From Eledone cirrhosa (lineage: Eukaryota): a stretch of DNA of 64,000 nucleotides. Every line of letters starts with the position of its first letter. The stretch's first letter is position 1. Shown here in pieces: positions 1 through 13,858 of this stretch. Made by a program: the position numbers and the translations under genes. The stretch covers positions 1 to 64,000 of the forward strand of contig CAXHJY010000377.1 of assembly GCA_964016885.1 (NCBI GenBank). The letters run 5' to 3'. The notes below the pieces were generated by a model. The model saw only the letters and a program-made list of their open reading frames with translations. It had not been told where the DNA came from and searched no databases.

Positions 1-350
1 TATCCCCATCACCACCCATAAATGAATTAATAATGATGGCTCCCCAAAGGTAGGCGGATTAATATTTATACCACGATCCAACTTCCGTACACATAACCTA
101 GCAACAACTAAATCTATTAATCCATCAACATTAGGTGATTCATTCAATTGAAAATAGCATGCTGAACCCATATTAACCCTCTTCCATGAGCTTTATCTCA
201 AATGTTCATCATTTCATTAATATGCCTTAATATTCTCGCACTAAAAAGTAGTGATTAGAAATCTTTATATATTTTCATCTACAATACAAAAAAAAAATAT
301 ATATATATGTACAATATATATAGCTCTGTCGTCGGGGTCTTGAACATTTT

Positions 351-425
<75 letters not shown>

Positions 426-1597
426 CATTATAAAGAAAGAAGAAACATTAGACATAAATAAAAAATATATATATACCCAATATTCTTCGACATCCTCGAC
501 TGCGCAGTTTCGTGGCAGTTTCGTGGCTACTATGCAAAAACATTACTTCATAGAGATGCAGTATTTTTGTGAGGTTTGCACACTTATCAAGAGAATACTT
601 CATTTAAATTTCAAAAGACGTCCGCAAGGCGTGCGAGAGAATCCCGGAAAGGCGGAGGGGGAACTTATCACGTGATATAGCGGTCAAGAAACAGAGTTAA
701 GCCTCTTGCAACCAAGAGAAAAATACCACAAAAGCTGGTGTATGTCCGTCGGATGGAGGCCGTAGCAGTGGAAGTCTTCGGCGACCACGCAGTCCGTCAA
801 TAAATTGACAGCTGGATGAGCGGGGACTGTACAGTAGAGGGAGACAGCATCGAGGCTAAAGGCGTCTCTATTGAGTTTAAGTTGTTCTGGCTGGAGTTGG
901 TGTAGTCTACGTATGACCACGTCGGAGCTACTGACATGCCCGGGAAAGGTGCAAAGTAGAGGTTTGAGGATCTGGAAGAGGAGCCAGGAAATGTTTTATA
1001 GGGGCCCTTCTATGCGTTGGACGATGGGTCTTATTTGTGTCTTAGTACTATTCGTGTAACTCTTGATGAGGTGATAAAACTTGGGCAGTCTGCTATTTCT
1101 AGTGGTGTAATTGGACTTAAATTTATTTAGGAGTTGTCTTCTACTACAGATGTCGAACCAGATGGAGTTGGCCTGTTTTTCGATCTGGGCCGCAGTTACG
1201 TCCGTGACCTCTGTATACAGTTCGTTGTCGCTTAAATGTTCAAAGGATTGGTTTTTGTATGTGGCTTGAGAGATGACACAAAACTCTTTACATTTGTCGG
1301 ATAGTAAGTATATGAGTTCCCTATTCCGCAGGTTCTTCAGGGCGAGTGTTGCGTCCTGGAGAGCTTGGGGGCTACCTCTTCTGTTTCCGTAAGATGTTAA
1401 ATAGGGAATGTTTTAGCCTCGAGAGTTTTTCTTCCAGCTCGCGGTTGGCAGGCGGTGGACAGAGTGGGCGGTCCAGTTGGTAGATCGGGAATCAGGGTGT
1501 GTTAGATTCCGTGGTGTTGTTGCCGAGGGTCTATATCCATTTTAGTTGGTAGGCGGCCCGACAAAAAATCGTTACTATGTCGAGCCATAACTTGTTG
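426..1597 (-). mobile_element. Penelope-like element fragment: N-terminal/RT region with stops, internally deleted, joined to an HHR-bearing terminal repeat
   Basis: The minus strand translates to ALKNLRNRELIYLLSDKCKEFCVIS..HLSDNELY, LPKFYHLIK..IRPIVQ and FSLDAVSLYCTVP, which match PLE RT motifs (KPADKG-like, PxFYxLxK, RPIV, SLDxxSLY). It has in-frame stops and is flanked on both sides by (TA)n. Confidence 0.85.
492..596 (-). ncRNA. Type-I hammerhead ribozyme motif (U3:A8 core variant)
   Basis: Minus strand reads auucuc-UUGAUAA-gug..(long stem II)..cac-GAAA-cugcgcag-UC-gaggau. Stem I is 6 bp, stem III is palindromic, and the triplet is GUC. An 11-nt tandem duplication includes the GAAA. Confidence 0.75.
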
Positions 1598-1601
1598 TAT
1601 A

Positions 1602-1720
<119 letters not shown>

Positions 1721-4700
1721 TACAAATTCATAGCCGTCATATATGTATATATATAATTATGTGACAATCTTAATTAGGTGCAGTATAAATCTGACTTAAA
1801 TAAGTTAGTCTATCTCATATAATCATCTCGTTAAGTACTAGAGATGAATAACTCTTCATTGATATAGAGTCTGAAACTAGCAGTTGAAACAGCAAGAGCT
1901 CAGCCGTTTGGTTGCACCTCTTTATAATGTTACCATAATTTAGTGTCTGTATGTGCGTGTGCCGTGTGCGCGCGTGTGTGTGTAGTGAGAACCCAAAGCA
2001 CATTACGCCGATCTTAAGTGAATTAAAGATGTACAAAAACCAGAGATGTGGAATAAAGCAGAGTTAATCAGACACAAAACAACAATGGCTCTCGATTTAT
2101 CGGTGGAATTACTTGATTCTGTAGTTGCCGGAACTATTTCACAAAGACGTTGGGATGGTAACGAAGGATTTTGATTGTACTGTGCACCACGATTCCTACT
2201 AGCTAAAAATAACTGGATTAATTCTAGTCATATACATACGGTTTTTGTAATATATAGAATATATTCACTCTATATATCTCATATATACATCAGTCACCAT
2301 ATTCTACAATCCCAAGTATCGAGTATACTCTGTTGAGTAATAGTCTAACCAGTTTAAAAATTACTCCATCCTGATTTATATATATGTGCGTATGTGCGTG
2401 TGGGTGTGTATGCGTGTGTGTGTTTTGGCTGATTTTACAAGCAAACATAATGTGATAAGCCATATTTTGCCATAAATGATCACATCATATCTTCAGTTTG
2501 TTTCAATTCCAAACGATTATATTACAAATCTTCTTCACTTGAGTTTTATACTTTCTAATGTATTTTCATTAATTGTCACTTTAGTTTTATTTGGTTAAAT
2601 TTGTTTGGGCTTTTAACATGTCCGCGCCCGACTTTCATAAGATATAGTTTATCATATATGGCCACATTATAGCTTCCATGAACTTCTATTTGAAATATTT
2701 TCTTTGAAAATCTATATTTGAAACTTGTGATTTCAAATACATTGTCACTCTATGCGCGTTAACTTTTGTTGAAGTAAACCTGTTGTTACTTTACAACTCT
2801 CCACATGAAATATATTTATTTACAACTTTGCTTAGGTCCTATCAATTGGTGGAACCCTTACAAAACAAATATTTCGTCTTACTTTTACATTATTCATTTC
2901 GTTACTTTGCTATAGCTTTTGAAAATAAATTTATTGTATGGTCAGGCTTAGCACCAACTCTTTCATTCACATTGTTGCGGTCTGCCTATTAACAGTTGAA
3001 ATATTGATTTTTAATCATTTGTACGTTGATATGAATAGAGAAAGATTTATTACTGATAGAAAGTTATAATTTCCAAACACTTTTATCTGCATTACGCATG
3101 CATTACAGAAGTCACTAAACTATTTCACACCAATTTTGGGTACTATTTTTAACAACTACTTTACACATAATAATGCCTGAAGTGAAGGCGATTGAATATC
3201 AGCTTGAGTTGCTAAAATTTACTAATTCATCAGAAAATATTCAGTATTGTTATTCTTACACGAATACTAAGTACATATCATTCAAGTAGAAGTTGCGAAA
3301 TTCCTACGTAAATTTGCATAAAGTCTTTGTCGGCATTACTCAACATCTATTACTACATACATTTCACAGCTTTGAGCATTTGGCTGTGTACGTTTCTGGT
3401 TCAATACACTGACAGCTAGGTAACTATAAATACTGAATGGTATGCTATGGAGTAGTCACTCCAGATGTAACGGCGCTGTAGTGACATATGGCGTTTCTTG
3501 GGGCTCTTCTAAATTTGACGGAGTCCATGTCCTCGCTATATCTCAGTAGAGCAGATTTCTTCCAGAGAAGGATAGAGAGTGAGGGAATGGGAGTGTGAAA
3601 GAGATATAGAAAAAGAATTATCCCCAGTACATGACTGGTACTTGTTTATCGACCTCACATGGATGTAAAACACACATGCATCATTTAGGACCACAATATA
3701 TAAGACGACGCATCACGAGGTTAAAGTTGAAGGACAATATTGATGACAACATCCCTTTGTAAATAACCTCCTTTGTGGTAACCCAGGGGAAGTACCTGAA
3801 CCCTGAAACAATTGAAAACGACCTATGATCAAGTTATATAAATGGAAAGAGTGAAAATTAATATATAAATGTGTATTGTAAAAATGCAAATTTTGAGTTT
3901 CACTTAACTATTCAAATGATTTTAGTTTTGCCATACGTTATCGCTAGTCATACCCTATCCTAATGGCTTCTATAAAAGAAGAAAATGTTAATTATAAAGT
4001 TTTTTGATGTAGGTCTGTGCAATACTATCAAGTTCCCTCTTTTGCCTTTGTAAGAGGGTCAATTTTAAAAACAAATTATTATATTTTAAAATTTGATATT
4101 GAAGTGATATTGAAAAGCACGTAGTCTTTCGTGAATGCAGTTTAAATGAGAAATAAATTGGTGGCGCTAAATGTACAGAAAGTATTCATACTTCCAATGC
4201 TACAACTCATTTATTTGAAAGCAGCATTACAAAATGATGAAGGCGTTTACATCTGAATTATGAGGTTCTAATGAATGTCACCTTGGGAAAGTATCGTTTA
4301 GCAATTGATTCACTAGTCGAAGTAAAACTGGAAAGACAGTAACTAATCGATGTTTATTAGAAGGCTTCAGCATATCATTCAAATGAGTAATATTGTAACA
4401 CACTGTGTCGTGCTCAACGTTCCTAAAAATACGGTTAAATATATACATTTCTGTGTAATACTCAGCCACTTCCACGTTATTATAAAGAGTATGAGCCGTT
4501 CCGCTGGTCAAATAATTGAAATACCTCTTCTAAATACCGACGCAGATCCGTTACTTTACTTTATTATTCTCATGTTAAACAATACCATATTATGTTAACT
4601 ATGCGAAGGCATACAGATTTTATGGTGCAAAAAATTACTATTTTCAAAATAGAGATGTATTCACATTGACACAAACCAATAATTATACGAAGGAAAACCT

Positions 4701-5213
4701 AGTCAATTGAATGAAATGTATATTATTGTGGGTAATTAGGTTAAGACCAGTGTGAGATACTGAACGAAATCCTGAAGCCTCCAGTATTCCAACTGATTTA
4801 ACCATATAATGCAGAAGGTGAGAAATAAATCGGAAAACTAAGATAAATTACAGTTTTGAAGTATCACAGTTTTGATTGAAGTATCATTGATATATAAGTA
4901 TCTAAACAATTCCGCCATATTTCATCAACATTTTAAGCTTTACATTTGACGAAGCACATGATCACATTTTCAATGAAAATAGGGTATTCCATTGGATTAG
5001 ATCCATTTCTGTAGACAAGGAAGGGATTATATTAAAAATAGTATACTCTAGAATGATTTTAGTCGACACAGACTGGGAAACCAAATTATTATGTTCAGCG
5101 TCTGTAGTTTTTCTAGTTTGTTGGCCTAATTATACACACACACATATGTACACACACACACACACACTCTCTCTCTCTCACATATACACACACACCTACA
5201 CACACTCACGTCT

Positions 5214-5271
<58 letters not shown>

Positions 5272-5501
5272 CATATATATATATATATACATATATGTAC
5301 ATATATGTAGGTATATATATATCTATATATTTATAGATTGTATAAATAAAGTTTCACACATTTAGCATGTATGTGCGATCATTGGTTTTGAGTCCAGTTA
5401 TGGCCACCATTGTATACACAGAGACACATAACACACACACGCGCGCACACACGCACACATACACACATATATATATACATACACACACACCCACACACAC
5501 C

Positions 5502-5536
<35 letters not shown>

Positions 5537-6039
5537 GTATACATAACATTATCTTTTAATTGTGATTTGACTTGCTTTGCTATTTGTGCAAGAAATCGAT
5601 ATTCTGTTTAACAGAAAGTAGGAATAGAAGTAATCACCATGTAAGCATCGTTCGTGAAGTATTTCCATTGACTTTCCTAAGACTCTTTATGTTTCTGATA
5701 AGAGCACATACATCACTTCATCCAATATGTAACAAGTCTACGTTAATATAGTAGTTGGTTCGCCTTCATTACCGGAATCTCCAACACAGTTGCTGACCTG
5801 AGACCTTTAAACTACCAACATAGCTACAAATGTTGCAACGTTTATATAGCTAAACTAGTGATAAACATGATAATAATGATATTTAGATTTGGGAGGTCGA
5901 TAAAAAAAGTACTATTCCAGTACTTCAGTCGATCCTTCCTCTATATCTCATTCTACTTCCTTTCTCTCTCTCTCTCTCTCTCTCTATACTTTTCTGGAAG
6001 AAATCTGCAGTATTCAGACCAATGCTGGTATGGTCACTG

Positions 6040-6180
6040 ACACCGTCTCTCTCACTCTCCCCTCTTTCATGTTTATAAACAAATGTGGGATGAGGCGAGG
6101 CTCACACATGTGGGTTTACTACTCTGTGAAAATGGTGTTGAGTAGGGAGGTGTTCCAAGGGTCAAAGACACCAGAAGTCG
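6040..6180 (-). mobile_element. Degenerate CRE-like LINE 3' fragment
   Basis: gaggctcacac..ggtgttgagtagggagg..caagggtcaaagacaccagaag aligns by eye to 24460-24545. Confidence 0.45.
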
Positions 6181-6888
6181 TATTACAAGGTTGTACTATA
6201 ACCAACATTTTACTGATCTCAAACTTGTCCCCACACATTATGCCGCTTCATGCCGAGTTGTCATTTATGTGGAGTTAATTCTTTCCTTTAAACTGTATAT
6301 TGGATACGTACCGTTGTGAATTCGACCAGAAATCTAAAACTTCTGAAACTTCCTTGATAATAAATAGCATACCAGCTTTTGACATATCAAAATAGCAATG
6401 AAAGACGAAACTGACGGTTGTATGCAATTTAGTTGTTAAGAACTTACAGTGAAAATAGTCAGATGAGAGTAAAATAGAATTAGGTTGAATTGATACTGAC
6501 GTTAATGGGATTATTGATAAATTATGGTGCAATACCTGTTATTTCTCACTAAAACCATTTGCAAAACATCATAAAAATAATGAAGGAGTTTAAAATACAG
6601 GAGTAGAAAAACATTTAAAGAGTCGAGATTGTACTAAAACAGCTGAGTGATATTATAAATAAACATCTAAACTATCGGATATATTAAATATCTATTTAAA
6701 ATGTAGCTGTAAACATGTTTTTTGTTTTATTTAAATTATTTATTAAGTTTCCGTAATTAATTATATAATGAAAACTAGGGGGAAGGGTTAAAGAAGTACA
6801 TATCTGGTTGTATAGGAAAGTAAAGGAAAGGACTATAAATGCTATACATGAGAGGAAAAGGATGGAAAGAGTAAGGATTATTAAACCA

Positions 6889-7109
6889 GGGCGGTGGATT
6901 GGCAGTATCTCAGTAGAGGGTCGGACGCCATGCTTTGCAGAATAGAGTTACAGCCCTTTATGATCTGAGTTCAAATCTCGCTGAGGTTAACTTTGCCTTT
7001 CATCTTTACGGGGTCGATAAAATAAAGTACCAGTCACGTACCGGGGTCGATTTAATCGACTTTCCTCTCCTCCAAAATTGCTGGGCTCGTGCCTATATAA
7101 GAAACCATT
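6889..7109 (+). mobile_element. tRNA-derived SINE (family A, long variant)
   Basis: A-box-like tggcagtatc, B-box gagttcaaatc, and body tttgcctttcatc..ggggtcgataaaataaagtaccag shared with about 20 copies in the window. Confidence 0.9.
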
Positions 7110-7596
7110 CTTAGCTACGGAAGTGAGAGAGGGAAGAAGGGAAGATGGTGACAGGATCTACGTTTAATTTGGTATCTATTAATACATATATATTACGAAA
7201 CTCCCCGAATGTATAGTTTTTTGCCGAGCTTGACACAAAAACTTATTATATATTATTCCTATAAATTGTCCTCACGTCCCGACTGTTTTGTAGAACCAGG
7301 CAGCTGTGATAAGACATGTGTGAAAAAAAACTCTTTGGCATGTTAGCTTATTACAACCATATCAGGGATGTATTCGAGTGACAGTCACATAGATCAATCA
7401 GAAATGCATGAAGAGAAAAAGTCTTTAACATTCTTGAGTGTATCTAGTATTTACCTCAACGATATTTTCTAGGGTGAAGAGTATTCCAAATTTCATTCCG
7501 ATCTCTGTTCACAATTGGGCTGATAGCTTGGTAACTGAGTTACATAATTTTCGTGAAGTCTTTGTTATGCTCTGACCAGAGATTTGTTTTCTTATA

Positions 7597-7785
7597 TAAT
7601 TGATTCTACTTTTGGTACAAGGCCAGCAATTACCCAGTACATTACTGGGACTTTATTTTATCGACCCTGTAAGGATGAAAGGCAAAGTTAACATCAGCGG
7701 GATTTGAACTCAGATCATAAAGGGGCGTAACTCAATGGTGCAAAGCATGGCGTCCGACCCTCTACCGATACTGCCAATCCACCAT
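7597..7785 (-). mobile_element. tRNA-derived SINE (family A)
   Basis: Reverse complement of the family consensus, from tail ttctacttttgg to head ctgccaatccacc. Confidence 0.9.
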
Positions 7786-8039
7786 CCTATACAATGTGAC
7801 AGTGTATGAATTGCGCAAACTCCCCTTTAGATCTGTCTTGCTTTCTAGTACCAGGTTCACTCCGACATAATAGGCCTACCACACAACAGCAGAACGTTTG
7901 AGTTTGTTGTCTGAGATTTCTGTTCTTTCCCTGAATCTCCAATGTTTAAACTGTAGTTCCATGATAACAAATTTGCCTACGTAGAATATCAGCAAAATCC
8001 ATCTAACACTTTTGCATTATTCACAGTTATTTGTACAAT

Positions 8040-8270
8040 ATCTTGGCTCTATGACCACCTCCTTATTCGCCACCATCTGCACAGAGTTGGCTAGCCACAG
8101 GTGTCAGGCTCAGGAACTGGAACGACTCTTCCAACGGGTCTCCATCACCATCCTCCGAGGAAAGGATTTCTCTATTCTGTCCACCGGGGCCACTGAGGGG
8201 CCAGTGCATGGGCTCCCGTTTACTTATAACTAGTGAGATTTTGGGAGAGCGAGTGAGACGGAGGCAGTAA
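8040..8270 (+). mobile_element. CRE-like (RLE) LINE 3' fragment
   Basis: Translates ELERLFQRVSITILRGKDFSIL; homologous to 24300-24560. Confidence 0.75.
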
Positions 8271-8354
8271 GTGAAAGTGAGGGAGCATCAACGCACACAC
8301 ACTCTTGATAAGACAACGATGGATGTTATATAAAGTGTATTTGCATCAACGATT

Positions 8355-8625
8355 GTTTCCCGTTAAACGTTATCTACTGATGAAAGCATCATTTTTTTTA
8401 TTTTTTACCATGCCTTTTGTCTTACTATATGAAGGGAAAGGACATTTTATTTCTGGTGATGTGTATGATGTGGACAAAAATATGCTTGAACAATTAAATA
8501 AAGAGAAATATCATCCGAATATCTTCAAATGTGAAAAGATACCTGTTATATGTTACAATAATACCTGAGTTATATACTTCAGAATTCTAAACTTCTAGAA
8601 CTAGAATTTCTTTAAGAATATGAAA
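8355..8625 (+). pseudogene. GGACT: Decayed gamma-glutamylamine cyclotransferase (GGACT/AIG2-like) pseudogene fragment
   Basis: VKRYLLMKAS..MPFVLLYEGKGHFISGDVYDVDKNMLEQLNKEKYHP..EKIPV, then after a frameshift SYILQNSKLLELEFL*EY. This follows the GGACT pattern YPLVIA..PFLL..G.GH.V.GEVY.VD..ML..LD..E.HP..IPV..Y.L.NF..LL.L.FL..Y, recalled from family knowledge and not searched. Confidence 0.6.
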
Positions 8626-9310
8626 TGTTAACAGAATATCAGCCAACAATATTCCAAGCCAAAAGAAAATGATGCATTCACAGTCTTATCCAAAATTTGA
8701 GCATATAATCTATTGACGCTAGATTATGCCTAAATGACAATTATAAATATTTTACGGTTAATTATAGTTAATTATATGTACGACAATATATGGAGTAGTG
8801 TGTCTTAAATACTATAGTGGTAGTTACGATGGAATGGACATATAATGATATATAATGACTTAATAGATATACTTGTCAACAAATTGGGTTATATTTGGAA
8901 TATTTCCAGCTGCAAATATAGCTTTTGTAGCAATTTTATACAAACTGAAGATGCAATTAGTACGTATTCGCTTGACAGAAAGAGCTGCGAGATTTGTTCG
9001 TAATATACATTCATAATTAGTAAGACATTAGATAAGTTACCTCTATAGGATGTCCATGGCTGGAGTGATGGGATTTTACATCAATGTTTAAACAATGAAG
9101 TCTATCGAGCGGTTCGACAACAAAACAATAAAAATAACACTTTATAATTATTAGGTTCAAGATCCGGCATCAGTGTAATAAGCTAATATAGTTTTACACT
9201 TCAATACCTCGATAGTTGGCAATATATATTTATTTGTAGCTTGAGTTGAACATTGTATCTCTTAGGAATTCATTTTTCCTAGAACATTCTTGTCGTAAGC
9301 AATATAGTTA

Positions 9311-9491
9311 TTAATTGTTTCTACTTTTTGGCACAAGGCCAGGAATTACTCAGTGCATTACTGGTACTTTATTTTATCGACCACGTAAGGATGAAAGGCA
9401 GAGTCAACCTCGGCGGGATTTGAACTCAGATCGTTAAGGGACGTAACTATGCTGGAAAGCATGGCATCCGACCCTCTACCGATACTGCCAA
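9311..9491 (-). mobile_element. tRNA-derived SINE (family A)
   Basis: Near full length. Flanked by caatatagt(t/a)attaat at about 9300 and about 9489 (likely TSD). Confidence 0.9.
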
Positions 9492-9619
9492 TATAGTAAT
9501 TAATGAGTCACGGTAATCCTCGCTACATCGCGGGTTTTTCGTTAGAACATATCTATTTTCTTTGCACACACAGAGATACATTCCTTCAAGTCTAGTGTAT
9601 AAAAGACTGAATATATGTT

Positions 9620-9890
9620 AACAGTTGACTGATGAAAGGACAAGTCATTCAATCATATTGGTGGCCTCCCCACAGCCCCGGTGGACAGAATAGAGATGGC
9701 GTTTGCCCGAGGACGGCAAGAGAGACGCACTGGAAAAGTCATTCCAACTCGCGATGTTCACACCAGTGGCTGGCCAGCTCAGCACCTATGGCGGTGAGTA
9801 GGGAGGTAGCCCTAGGGCCGAGGACACCAGAGGTCTCCACTACCAAGGGTACGACCGCATACTTGTCGGAGAGAAACCGGTATTTTGTAA
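9620..9890 (-). mobile_element. CRE-like LINE 3' fragment
   Basis: KYRFLSDKYAVVPLVVETSGVLGPRATSLL..ELE; the tail is shared with 23410, 31372 and 62205. Confidence 0.8.
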
Positions 9891-10967
9891 ATCTCACAGG
9901 ACAAACGTGAATATGACACAGATTGATTTTAAACAATCATGATATGTTGTTCCATTTTTATGATTCTTGAATCTTTGCTGAAAGATAACCGAAACAAATT
10001 GGTAAAATCTAGTATGAAATATAATAGAACTAATCCATACCCATGTAGTTGGTTCATGGGGAATGTAAAGGTGAGTAGTTCTATTTCTCATGACGACTTC
10101 TTTCATCTTTGGTCGTTGTCATTGCTTTTATATAAAAATCATTAGTATTGAAAAAGGTCAAGGTGAGAAACGAGATGCCTAACCCATTCATAAAGTCCTT
10201 GTTGTATGTGGCCGATTTGAAACTGCTAAATATGTAGCACAATTACAGTCTGAAGGAGAAGCCTAGACATAGTGTGGCATTTGACATCGTAAAACGTGTA
10301 GATGTTAACGTGAAGAAGGGGAAATGCTATGTAGCTGCCATAGAATTACCATATAGTAACTGACTGAGATAATACTTACTTAACTCTTACCGTAAACCAC
10401 TGGGCTGTATCTGTGTTCGGACCTTCAATTAGACTGCATGCGGTTGATGAGACGAACTGTAGAAGAAAACATGACCTTGATTCATATATTATTTCAATAT
10501 GCACTTGGAAATCGGGTGTACATGACACAAACAACAAGCGGTAGAAAAGGGCTGACGTGTGTTACACAATGTCTCGAGAATAAATGGTGAGCCATTGATT
10601 ATCACCCAATAAATGGTAACGAAAGTAATTTATAGTTTGCCTTAGCAATGCTGGACAGAGAAGGGTGAAGAGGGATATTACAAAATATTTCAAGGTACGA
10701 GTCACGGAGGAGAAGAGACACAGTATGTAGAACAGTAATCTGGTATAAAGGTAGAATAGTTTGGGGATTGGCTCTCCCACAGCGATCAGAGTAAGGGAGA
10801 CAGAAGCACTTATATCTCAAATTTGAGTGGTCAATGACCAAAGAGTTATTTCATCGTGGTGTAAATCGGAAGCACCCTGTGCGTGGAATTAACACATAAA
10901 CTATCACCTACTTAGTGACAACCTACAAAATGCTATTTTCAAAGGTGAACAAATGACGTTATGATGG

Positions 10968-11195
10968 TGTCCTTGGCCTTAGGACCAGCTCCCTACACGC
11001 TAGCATCCGCGCGGAGTTGGCTACTCACAGATGTGAGCCTCGCAAGCTGGAATGTCTCTTTCAACGCGTCTCCCTCATCATCCTCCGGGGAAAGGCCTTC
11101 TTTATTCTCTCCGCCCATGGGGCAGCGAACACGTGGGCCTCCATTTGTTTATAATACTGAGAGATGGGGAGAGCAAGAGCGATGGAGGCAGTGAC
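10968..11195 (+). mobile_element. CRE-like LINE 3' fragment
   Basis: gagcctcgcaagctggaatgtctctttcaacgcgtctccctc is homologous to the other copies; tail as at 8240 and 24300. Confidence 0.75.
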
Positions 11196-11534
11196 GATAC
11201 GCACATATATACATACATAATATATAAAGTGTACATGTATCATTTCACGAGTCAATATGCTAAAAGTATAGAAATCAGTCCCCCAGAAAATAATTTGGTT
11301 GTCAATTTCAAACTTAACAGTCCTTACGACTTCCCTAACCAAACGGATCGCAGACTCGACCATCAATATCAAGATTGCATAGGAGATTATTGCTCTAAAC
11401 CTGAGATAGTATTATAAGCAAATGCACTTTGAGACAAAAGTCCTCTCCCAGAAACGATTTCACTTTTGTACATTGCATATATACTCAGCATCTTACTGCT
11501 TGTCTAATGTTCCTACGCAATAAAATTAAGACCA

Positions 11535-11893
11535 ATAATAATTGTTTCTACTTTTGGCACAAGGCCAGCAATTACCCCAGTGAATTACTGGTGCTTTATT
11601 TTATCGACCCCGTATGGATGAAAGGGAAAGTTAACCTCGGCGGGATTTGAACTCAGACCATAAACCCCGCCGAGGTTAACTTGGCCTTTCATCCTTACGG
11701 GATGCCTTTCATCCTTAAGACCAATAGTAACTGTTTCTTATATAGGCATAAGGCCAGCCATTTTGGGGAAGGGAAAGTCGATTAAATCGACCCCCGTGCG
11801 TGACTTGTGCTTTATTGTATCGACCCTGTAAGGATGAAAGGTAAAGCTAACCTCGACGGGATTTGAACTCAGGACGTAAAGAGAGATAACTCT
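11535..11893 (-). mobile_element. Composite SINE-A cluster: truncated copy with an inverted segment, plus an older long variant
   Basis: gttaacctcggcgggatttgaactcagaccataaaccccgccgaggttaac forms an inversion junction. ttaagaccaata is repeated at about 11527 and about 11716. Confidence 0.8.
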
Positions 11894-12657
11894 AATGTAT
11901 GTAAATTACGTATATGCCAAACATTAATGTTAACCTAGATAATCAAATACTTGTTATCAATATTTGCTATTGAGTATGGGTAAAAATAATTCTCAGCTAG
12001 TCTCAAACAGACCTGATTACATAACATTACATTTGATATATCTTATAATATATATAGTATTTCGGTTTCTACTTTGATATCCCTGACCTGAGACTACAGC
12101 ACCAGGCACTACTATTAACATTCAGTTTGTAATAAGTAAAATTTTCTCTAATCTTGAAATAGATATTGATTAATTGGAAATTTTCTAAAAAAATAAACAT
12201 TCGAAAAATAAAATCAAGACATAAACAACAACAACAACAACCTATAATTTCCTACAAATACTATTATCTTTTCAACATGTAAAGAATACTTCTATAAGAG
12301 TCTGGGATCTTAGATCTAAGATTCAGAACATCTCTGAAATGTGGAAAATTGTGACGACGATGTTACTTTGGTGTTAAGTTGAATACAGCGAATTTAAAAT
12401 AGCAGATGAAAGTCTGTTAATTACCGCACAAGTTATCTTCTTCATTTAGACTATTCAGTCAATGTAAATAGAAACGTTCATTAACGTTTACCGATAGCAT
12501 CTAGTTTAGATCGTTGATTGCACCTCTCACATTCACCCATAATCAACAGCCCTCTAAATCACATTAGCACACTCTTTCACCGCTCGTCTTCATTATGTGA
12601 TCGTATTTACATGCAAGAATGTATCTGATGCGAGTGTACCCCCACCTCTTCCTCACT

Positions 12658-12724
<67 letters not shown>

Positions 12725-12727
12725 GTG

Positions 12728-12762
<35 letters not shown>

Positions 12763-12785
12763 ATGTGTGTATGTGTGTGTGTGCG

Positions 12786-12818
<33 letters not shown>

Positions 12819-13763
12819 GGGGAGAGAAAATGAGAGACTTATGTGTAAGGACGCGTGAAAATTGTGTATTAGGTCGTATGTATTTGTATGTGTGTGTTTG
12901 TTTGCCTGTTTTCATAATCTATCTGTATGACTGAGATTAGCTTTGGTTAGTTTAAAACCATTTGAATGTTTACACGTATGAATGTGTATCTGTGCATCTT
13001 TCTCTGTATTAATAAACATGCAACAAAGAATATATTTATCTATCATATGTGTTTGTTCGTTTATTTACATTGTTGTGTCAATATTCAGCATTTATATTTG
13101 CTTGGATGTCTGCCTCGATACACACAAACAAAAGAGGACATACACACTCACAGGTGTGTGCACGTGTCTGTGTCTGTCTGTGTATGTGAACGTGCATGTA
13201 GATGTGTGTGTCTGTGTATGACGGGTGTGTCTCTGTGTGGTCGTATGTGTTTCTGTGTGGACGTGTGTGTCTGTATGTAAACGTGTTTGTGGATGTGTGT
13301 GTCTTCGTATAGACATGTGTGTCTCTGTGTGAAGGTGTATGTGGACGTGTGTGTGTGTCAGTGCATGAACGTGAAAATATGATTTATACTGCTAATGCTT
13401 TATCAGTATGTGTAAGTGGAATGTTTTCATGTGTGTATTATCTGAACAAACAATTATGATTCAACTCGGAGAGAATAAAACTAAATATAGAATTCTCAAT
13501 TAATTTACCATAAATGTAAAATATCGTTTAAAAAACACATAATGATGATGAGAGTAAATTTGAAATGTTTAAGATAAAAGGAAACTTTATTAATAAAACA
13601 ACCTCCATAAATAGTCATTTAAAATGTTGTTTTGTAAGACTTTTTAATAAGAATATAATATGAAATGATTGGATTTCTGTCAAATTTACCTCTAACATGT
13701 ATAGGAAAGCTCTCGGCCACACGCACACACATTTCTCTCTCTCTTTCTTTCTCTCTGTACACA

Positions 13764-13858
<95 letters not shown>

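Noticed and set aside
4278-4598. Overlapping short ORFs / possible exon (VTDLRRYLEEVFQLFDQRNGSYSL)
   Set aside because: There is an in-frame stop immediately upstream, no good acceptor and no recognisable homology.
11310-11400. YDFPNQTDRRLDH resembling an R4-type RLE motif (WDF.IQTD..L.HN.PD)
   Set aside because: Too short and degenerate to call.
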